DNA of 32,000 nucleotides from Alphaproteobacteria bacterium (GTDB lineage Bacteria; Pseudomonadota; Alphaproteobacteria; Rs-D84): NCBI GenBank assembly GCA_017475605.1, contig JAFVFD010000005.1, positions 120,001 to 152,000 of the forward strand, read 5' to 3'. Shown piece by piece: positions 26,278 to 32,000 of this stretch (position 1 is its first letter; each line of letters starts with the position of its first letter). The notes under the pieces were generated by a model. It saw only the letters and a program-made list of their open reading frames with translations, ran no database searches and was not told where the DNA came from. The position numbers and the translations under genes were made by a program.

Positions 26278-26604
26278 TTACCGCGATTTGCGGGACGCAA
26301 CAACAGCATGGTGTGCCATTTTCATCGCGACATTTTTTATATCATCGGGACTTGTTTTATTAAACCATGAAACCATTTCGCGTGGCGGCAAACACATTTC
26401 CATTTGGCGCGTGATACTGGAATCATTCGGCATCCACGTAACCGCCCCAAAAACCGAACCATCGGTCGAACAATAGTTACACGATGGCCGTAATAAATTA
26501 CAAAACTTTTCAAGATTACGCATAGAACAAAAACTGCATGCCGAAAACGGTGAATCACCATATACAGCATGCATATTTTGTTCAAACCAATTTTTATTTG
26601 GCAT
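26278..26604 (-). CDS. Cys-rich hypothetical protein (108 aa), translationally coupled to fabF
   Basis: The fabF TAA (26607..26605) is directly followed by the ATG (26604..26602). The cysteine pattern is C-x2-C-x8-C-x6-C-x2-C (CSFCSMRNLEKFCNLLRPSCNYC). Codon choice is host-like. Confidence 0.6.
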   Translation of the reverse strand: MPNKNWFEQNMHAVYGDSPFSACSFCSMRNLEKFCNLLRPSCNYCSTDGSVFGAVTWMPNDSSITRQMEMCLPPREMVSWFNKTSPDDIKNVAMKMAHHAVVASRKSR

Positions 26605-27855
26605 TTATTTTACACGTTTGATAACCAACGATGCGTTTGTTCCACCAAAGCCAAACGAATTACTGATTGCGACATTAACTTCGCGTTTTTGGGCCACGTT
26701 CGGTACCAAATTAAAGTCCCCAACTTCATCAATCGGATCATTCAAATTGATTGTTGGTGGCACAACACCATCACGAATCGCAAGTGTACAGAATATCGCT
26801 TCTACTGCACCGGCGGCACCCAACAGATGTCCCGTCGTTGATTTAGTTGACGACATACATGCATTTGTGCCCGCAAACAATTCTTTGACCGCTGTTAATT
26901 CGCCAACATCGCCCAACCCGGTTGAAGTACCATGCGCATTGATATAATCAACATCGGCTGGCTTTAAGCCTGCATCATTTAACGCGGCAATCATCGCGCG
27001 CTTGCCACCCTCGCCCCCGGGGGCCGGTGCGGTAATATGGTGCGCATCACCAGATAAACCGTATCCTGCAACCTCGGCATATATTTTTGCACCGCGGGCA
27101 ACGGCATGTTCATATTCTTCCAGGACTAATATACCCGCCCCTTCGGACATAACAAAACCATCGCGTCCCTTGTCCCATGGACGTGATGCAGTTTGCGGAT
27201 CATCGTTGCGGGTTGACAACGCACGCATCGCGGTAAAGCCTGCAACACCAATTTTACAAACTGCGCCTTCGGTTCCGCCGGCAATCATAATATCCGCATC
27301 ACCATGTTCAATTAAACGTACGGCTTCGCCAATAGAATGTGCAGATGTCGCACACGCAGTTACGACCGAAAGGTTTGGTCCCTGGAATCCGTATTTAATG
27401 GAAACCAACCCCGCCGTCATATTAATAATAGACTTTGGAATAAAGAACGGACTAACATGGCGCGGTCCATTTTCATGTAATTCAACACATGTTTCATAAA
27501 TCGTCTGCATACCACCGATACCACTGCCGATGGAAACACCAATTCTTGTTTTATCGCCATCATAATCAATCAGCCCCGCATCGCGTACTGCTTCATCTGT
27601 TGCGACCATGCCATAAATCATAGATTTATCCATTTTGCGCTGTTCGCGTGGATCCACAACAGCGTCCGGGTTGTATTGTCCAGCATCTGTTCCATGAATC
27701 GGCAAACCGGCAATCTGGCAATTCAAATCTGATGCGTCAAAATTATCGATTTTACGAATACCCGAAACACCACCAACCACATTTTTCCATGTGTATTCAA
27801 CACCTGTTCCATTTGGTGCGACAATACCCATACCTGTGATAACAACTCTTTTCAT
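26605..27855 (-). CDS. fabF: 3-oxoacyl-ACP synthase II
   Basis: 416 aa; MKRVVITGMGIVAPNG...VVTACATSAHSIGEA...NAHGTSTGLGD...SNSFGFGGTNASLV. Confidence 0.97.
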   Translation of the reverse strand: MKRVVITGMGIVAPNGTGVEYTWKNVVGGVSGIRKIDNFDASDLNCQIAGLPIHGTDAGQYNPDAVVDPREQRKMDKSMIYGMVATDEAVRDAGLIDYDGDKTRIGVSIGSGIGGMQTIYETCVELHENGPRHVSPFFIPKSIINMTAGLVSIKYGFQGPNLSVVTACATSAHSIGEAVRLIEHGDADIMIAGGTEGAVCKIGVAGFTAMRALSTRNDDPQTASRPWDKGRDGFVMSEGAGILVLEEYEHAVARGAKIYAEVAGYGLSGDAHHITAPAPGGEGGKRAMIAALNDAGLKPADVDYINAHGTSTGLGDVGELTAVKELFAGTNACMSSTKSTTGHLLGAAGAVEAIFCTLAIRDGVVPPTINLNDPIDEVGDFNLVPNVAQKREVNVAISNSFGFGGTNASLVIKRVK

Positions 27856-27921
27856 AACATATGTCCTTTTATATATATTTTGTATGACCTTATCATAACC
27901 GTATTACACCTAAAAAGCCAA

Positions 27922-27958
27922 CAAAAAAATCCGCCGGTAAAAACCAACCGCGGCGGAT
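27922..27958 (-). terminator. hairpin plus U-tract between acpP and fabF (partial terminator/attenuator)
   Basis: The minus strand reads ATCCGCCG-N14-CGGCGGAT followed by TTTTTTT. Confidence 0.6.
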
Positions 27959-27985
27959 TAAATAAACATTCAAGAAATTACAAAC

Positions 27986-28222
27986 TTACGCTTTCTTGTG
28001 TGCGTCGATGTATTTAACTGCATCACCAACTTTTTCCAATTTCGCAGCTTCTTCATCTGGAATTGTGATATCGAATTCTTTTTCAACTTCCATAACGAAT
28101 TCAACGACGTCCAAAGAATCCGCGCCCAAGTCGTTAACAAATGCGGCTTCTTCTGTAACCTTGGCTTCTGGAACGCCCAATTTTTCCGCTACGATTTTCT
28201 TTACTTTTTCAAAAGTTGTCAT
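27986..28222 (-). CDS. acpP: acyl carrier protein
   Basis: 78 aa; ...[23 protein letters not shown]... Confidence 0.97.
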   Translation of the reverse strand: MTTFEKVKKIVAEKLGVPEAKVTEEAAFVNDLGADSLDVVEFVMEVEKEFDITIPDEEAAKLEKVGDAVKYIDAHKKA

Positions 28223-28279
28223 TTCATATCCTTTGTTTAGGTTAATTTTTTTAGTTCATTTAAGAACGTTATACTTCAT

Positions 28280-28340
28280 AAACTATCATTTTATGCGCAT
28301 AGTGTCAAGAAATTATAACAAACGATAACAAACTTGACAA
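28280..28340 (-). promoter_or_regulatory. tandem acpP promoters
   Basis: P1 is TTGTCA(28340..28335)-N17-TATAAT(28317..28312). P2 is TTGACA(28308..28303)-N17 (ending TGa)-TAGTTT(28285..28280). Confidence 0.55.
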
Positions 28341-28349
28341 AAAACGACT

Positions 28350-29354
28350 TTAATATTCATCAAGCATTTCATCTAACAAATTATTCATATTTGCGCGGAT
28401 ATCCTCGCGATCTGCCGCCCATTCAAGTCGTCGCATAAGGAACTTATACACATCATCCATTGTCAAGTTAGGAATACCCGCCACACGCGCAACACGTTTC
28501 CACGCGGTTCGCGGATCGGCCAGGTGTGAGCCCCCGCGTCCAGGGAACAACCAAAAACTGTCCTGGGGTAAATCTTGTAATAAAACCACCGCACGATCAG
28601 ACAAAGGCCATTCCCGCCAAAGATCATGGTTAAAATCAAGTTCTTCCCATTGCATTGCGAAAATCTTTGACCGCGGCGCGAAACCGTAAACCAGCATTAA
28701 AAACGCAGCCCGTATAAATTCATCTTGTTCCGAATTAATTGCCGCAACCAAATGCTGTAATCCGGTCTTCGTTAATGGACGCACGCGGTGTTTTTGTTCT
28801 ATTTTCGGCAAACCGTTGGCAACATTTTGTTTGGTATACCCCTGTTCTATGGCATATTTAAAAATACTTTGTAACAAATCTTGCATACGCGATGCAATCG
28901 CCGCACCATCAATTTTTGATATTACATTTTCAACATCATCACGTGTAATTTCTGATATTGTTTTACTAAACAACGGTGCCAAATGCAGTTTCACAGACCG
29001 CACCAACTTCGTTTGTGAATCTTCATTACGGCGAATACGATTCGCAACATATAAATCAAACAACTCTTTAAATGTTATTTGCTTTCTGCGAACAATTGGT
29101 TTTTTAAGGGCTTTATCCAAAACATCCACGACCGCCGCGCGCGCTGATTCAATATCGACATCTGGATAATTGCCGATAATAATTCTTTTGTCCGCACCAC
29201 GCACACGTTTACGAACAAAAAACGTTTTTACACCACGACTTGTTATATACATACGCAAACGTGGTTCGGATATATCCTGGACAACATCAAATCCCTTTAC
29301 CGGGGTCGGCAAATTATCCAATATATACGGATTAAAGAAAAATTGATGCGCCAT
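28350..29354 (-). CDS. P4-type tyrosine-integrase homologue with an apparently degenerate catalytic domain
   Basis: 334 aa. The arm-binding (DUF4102-like) N-terminus is RLRMYITSRGVKTFFVRKRVRGADKRIIIGNYPDVDIESARAAV. A core-binding segment follows. The box-I-like stretch is LVYGFAPRSKIFAMQWEELDF. No HxLR, LGH or catalytic Tyr context is recognisable. Confidence 0.7.
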   Translation of the reverse strand: MAHQFFFNPYILDNLPTPVKGFDVVQDISEPRLRMYITSRGVKTFFVRKRVRGADKRIIIGNYPDVDIESARAAVVDVLDKALKKPIVRRKQITFKELFDLYVANRIRRNEDSQTKLVRSVKLHLAPLFSKTISEITRDDVENVISKIDGAAIASRMQDLLQSIFKYAIEQGYTKQNVANGLPKIEQKHRVRPLTKTGLQHLVAAINSEQDEFIRAAFLMLVYGFAPRSKIFAMQWEELDFNHDLWREWPLSDRAVVLLQDLPQDSFWLFPGRGGSHLADPRTAWKRVARVAGIPNLTMDDVYKFLMRRLEWAADREDIRANMNNLLDEMLDEY

Positions 29355-29372
29355 GTTCGCCCCCCATTTCTG

Positions 29373-29762
29373 TTATTTTATACGTTCAAATATTCGTTTA
29401 AATGCCATACGTTTTTCTATTTGTGCCTGACGCAAGAACAATTTTGCATTATGATATTTTTTGTTCTTTTCATAATACGGACAATTCCATATTGGGCATT
29501 GTTTTTCATCAAAGCGATGACAATACTTTATATGTGGTATTATCCCTTCGCCTATTTCCTGGGTATTTGTTGCAGGCATATATGTATAATATTGTTTTAT
29601 ACATGCGTATGTTTCATCAACAGTATTGGCATCTACAAGTTTTGTTATATGCCCTTCGGCAACATATGTATCGCGTTTTATTGCGCGATAAAGCGATGCG
29701 TATTCCTTATATTCTTGGATACGCGCAATTCTCGTTTTTAATCTTTTTTTTAACTTTGTCAT
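29373..29762 (-). CDS. hypothetical protein, paralogue B (YC..FD...C...NCP.Y motif)
   Basis: 129 aa counted from the ATG at 29762, which has the SD AAGGA. The track start at 29792 overlaps the upstream gene. The C-terminal motif is YCHRFDEKQCPIWNCPYYEKNKKY. Confidence 0.6.
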   Translation of the reverse strand: MTKLKKRLKTRIARIQEYKEYASLYRAIKRDTYVAEGHITKLVDANTVDETYACIKQYYTYMPATNTQEIGEGIIPHIKYCHRFDEKQCPIWNCPYYEKNKKYHNAKLFLRQAQIEKRMAFKRIFERIK

Positions 29763-29775
29763 AAAGTCGTCCTTT

Positions 29776-30126
29776 TTATTTCGTCTTGGCATCTTGCACT
29801 TGTTTATACGCCATTAGATAATTCTGATATCTAGCATACATCGGGCAATTTTTATTACGACATTGATGCCTCATGGGATTTATTGCATCGAACTCGCAGC
29901 AATACGATATTTGTGGTCCAATAACACGATAAGTGTCTTCTGGTTTCATCCCGACACGCCACGCATCCAACACACCGCATTCAATGGAATATTTTAATTT
30001 GATGCATCCACGTGGTGCGCTTTCATTACTTTCGTCCGCAACAGCAATCAACCTTGCGCGCGCATCAAAACATTCTTGTTTCAAAGCATCCAATTTTCTT
30101 TTGTTTTCTATAATTTTTCGAAACAT
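29776..30126 (-). CDS. hypothetical protein, paralogue A (YC..FD...C...NCP.Y motif)
   Basis: 116 aa. The SD GAGGT sits in the 15-nt gap after the lepA stop. The motif is YCCEFDAINPMRHQCRNKNCPMYARYQNY. Confidence 0.6.
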   Translation of the reverse strand: MFRKIIENKRKLDALKQECFDARARLIAVADESNESAPRGCIKLKYSIECGVLDAWRVGMKPEDTYRVIGPQISYCCEFDAINPMRHQCRNKNCPMYARYQNYLMAYKQVQDAKTK

Positions 30127-30141
30127 TATTACCTCTTTTGA

Positions 30142-31944
30142 TTAAGATACTTTTAACGCATTGATAAACGCACTTTGTGGTATTTCCACATTACCAAATG
30201 TGCGCATACGCTTTTTCCCCTCCTTCTGCTTCTCCAATAATTTTCTTTTACGCGTGATATCACCCCCATAGCATTTTGCAGTAACATCCTTGCGATACGC
30301 GGCAATAGTTTCACGCGCAATAATCTTGCCACCGATTGCGGCCTGAATAGGAATCTTGAACTGATGCCGCGGAATAAGATCTTTTAATTTTTCAACAATT
30401 TGACGACCACGTTTTTCTGCGAATGACCGATGACAAATAAACGACAATGGTTCCACATTTTCATCATTAACTAAAATAGAAACCTTGACCAAATCGGCCG
30501 GCTGATATCCATACACCGCATAATCAAACGACGCATAACCCGACGATATAGATTTCACCCTATCATAAAAATCGAACACTATTTCAGACAATGGCAATTG
30601 ATATACCAACACCGCGCGATTTCCAACATACGAAATATTTTCCTGGACACCGCGCCGTTCGGTACACAACGACATAATGCCACCCATATATTTATCGGGC
30701 ATCATAATAGTCGCACGCACCCATGGTTCTTCAATTGATTCGATGCGGGTAACATCTGGCATATCGGCGGGATTTTCCAAATCCATATCTTCGCCACCGC
30801 GCAAATGAATCTTGTACAGCACACTTGGCACCGTATTAATAAGATTCAAATTAAATTCGCGGGCCAGACGTTCACTTATAATTTCCATGTGCAGCAACCC
30901 CAGGAACCCACACCGTAACCCAAACCCCAGCGCAGATGATTTTTCTGTTGTGAACATAAATGATGCATCGTTCAATGCCAACTTTTCCGCACTTTCGCGT
31001 AATGCCGGGTAATCATCGGCCGCCACCGGAAAGAACGAAGAAAACACCACAGGTACAGACGGCTTGAACCCCGGCAACGCATCAACCACATGTTTTGCGT
31101 CGCAAATTGTGTCCCCAACCCGACAATCATGAATTGTTTTCATACCGGTAATAATAAATCCTATTTCCCCGGTGTTTAACGAATCGGCATATTCCATTTT
31201 TGGTGTAAAGAAACCGATTTTATCAATCACATATTCGGCACCTGTTGCGATAAAGCGAATCTTTTGTCCGCGCGACAATTTCCCATCAACCACACGCACC
31301 AAAATCACAACCCCAAGGTATGAATCATACCACGAATCCACCAACAGCGCGCGCGTCGGTGCATTTTCATCGCCATGTGGCGCGGGCAATTTATGGACAA
31401 TTTCTTCTAATAATTCGGGTACCCCCGCCCCTGTTTTTCCGGACACCGCCAACGCATCATTTGCATCCAAACCAATAACATCTGAAATCTGTTCGCGGGT
31501 GCCACTAACATCACTTGACGGTAAATCAATTTTATTCAACACCGGCAACATTTCCAAATCATTGTCCAATGCCAAATAGGCATTTGCCAACGTCTGTGCC
31601 TGGACACCCTGGGTTGCATCAACCAAAACCAATGCCCCTTCGCATGCGGCCAGACTGCGCGACACCTCGTAAGAAAAGTCCACATGTCCCGGTGTATCCA
31701 TCAAATTCAATTGGTATTCTTCGCCATTTTTTGCGCGATAATTAAGTCGTACTGTTTGTGCCTTAATCGTAATACCGCGTTCGCGTTCAATGTCCATAGA
31801 ATCAAGAACCTGGGCCTTCATTTCACGATGTTCCAACCCACCTGTAATTTCAATCAACCGGTCCGACAATGTCGATTTACCATGATCGATATGCGCAACA
31901 ATAGAAAAATTTCTTATATGATCTTGCTTCATTACCTTTCCCAC
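30142..31944 (-). CDS. lepA: elongation factor 4 (LepA)
   Basis: 600 aa; ...[23 protein letters not shown]...; the C-terminal LepA domain ends ...[17 protein letters not shown]. Confidence 0.97.
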   Translation of the reverse strand: MGKVMKQDHIRNFSIVAHIDHGKSTLSDRLIEITGGLEHREMKAQVLDSMDIERERGITIKAQTVRLNYRAKNGEEYQLNLMDTPGHVDFSYEVSRSLAACEGALVLVDATQGVQAQTLANAYLALDNDLEMLPVLNKIDLPSSDVSGTREQISDVIGLDANDALAVSGKTGAGVPELLEEIVHKLPAPHGDENAPTRALLVDSWYDSYLGVVILVRVVDGKLSRGQKIRFIATGAEYVIDKIGFFTPKMEYADSLNTGEIGFIITGMKTIHDCRVGDTICDAKHVVDALPGFKPSVPVVFSSFFPVAADDYPALRESAEKLALNDASFMFTTEKSSALGFGLRCGFLGLLHMEIISERLAREFNLNLINTVPSVLYKIHLRGGEDMDLENPADMPDVTRIESIEEPWVRATIMMPDKYMGGIMSLCTERRGVQENISYVGNRAVLVYQLPLSEIVFDFYDRVKSISSGYASFDYAVYGYQPADLVKVSILVNDENVEPLSFICHRSFAEKRGRQIVEKLKDLIPRHQFKIPIQAAIGGKIIARETIAAYRKDVTAKCYGGDITRKRKLLEKQKEGKKRMRTFGNVEIPQSAFINALKVS

Positions 31945-31968
31945 TAACGCTATCCACTCTATGCGGCA

Positions 31969-31997
31969 ATGATAAACCCGTATATACGATTCGGCAA
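31969..31997 (-). promoter_or_regulatory. possible lepA promoter (TTGCCG-N17-TATCAT)
   Basis: The minus-strand hexamers are at 31997..31992 and 31974..31969. Confidence 0.25.
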
Positions 31998-32000
31998 GGG

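Noticed and set aside
26337-26585. 82-aa alternative frame within the fabF-downstream ORF.
   Set aside because: The 108-aa frame is directly coupled to the fabF stop and has balanced composition and host-like codons. The 82-aa frame is Arg/Cys/Val-rich and lacks an SD. This remains unresolved without Ribo-seq.

Overview
The window is almost entirely minus-strand housekeeping DNA from a Gram-negative bacterium. The gene order and EF-Tu/S14 sequences look alphaproteobacterial, but that taxonomic call is inference only. The core is a complete str-S10-spc ribosomal super-operon at 3481..20313, running rpsL-rpsG-fusA-tuf-rpsJ-rplCDWB-rpsS-rplV-rpsC-rplP-rpmC-rpsQ-rplNXE-rpsNH-rplFR-rpsE-rpmD-rplO-secY-rpsM-rpsK. 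rpmD is below the ORF-track cutoff and I translated it by hand.

Flanking content:
- Left end: a BcgI-like Type IIB restriction-modification pair (fused nuclease-methylase plus a two-TRD specificity subunit) at 548..3339. It sits where rpoA-rplQ normally follow rpsK.
- Far left: a partial alpha/beta hydrolase at 1..465.
- Upstream of rpsL: two tandem paralogous outer-membrane beta-barrel genes, then mltG, a GuaD-like CDA-fold deaminase and tRNA-Pro(CGG).
- The only plus-strand gene is a medium-chain-type acyl-CoA synthetase.
- Right part: a 44-codon small ORF with its own promoter, a Cys-rich 108-aa ORF translationally coupled to fabF, then fabF and acpP.
- Right end: a tightly packed three-gene module (two paralogous Cys-motif proteins plus an intact P4-type integrase homologue that seems to lack the catalytic residues) wedged between lepA and the acpP promoter.

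Most interesting items:
1. The lepA-orf116-orf129-integrase-like module.
2. The fabF-coupled Cys-rich ORF plus the small ORF.
3. The R-M cassette truncating the alpha operon.
4. A candidate plus-strand sRNA at 22414..22480.
5. A set of structured intercistronic hairpins in the r-protein operon, including a duplicated hairpin motif with compensatory stem changes.

I saw no CRISPR array, transposase, rRNA or obvious prophage. All functional calls rest on by-eye motif recognition. No database search was run.
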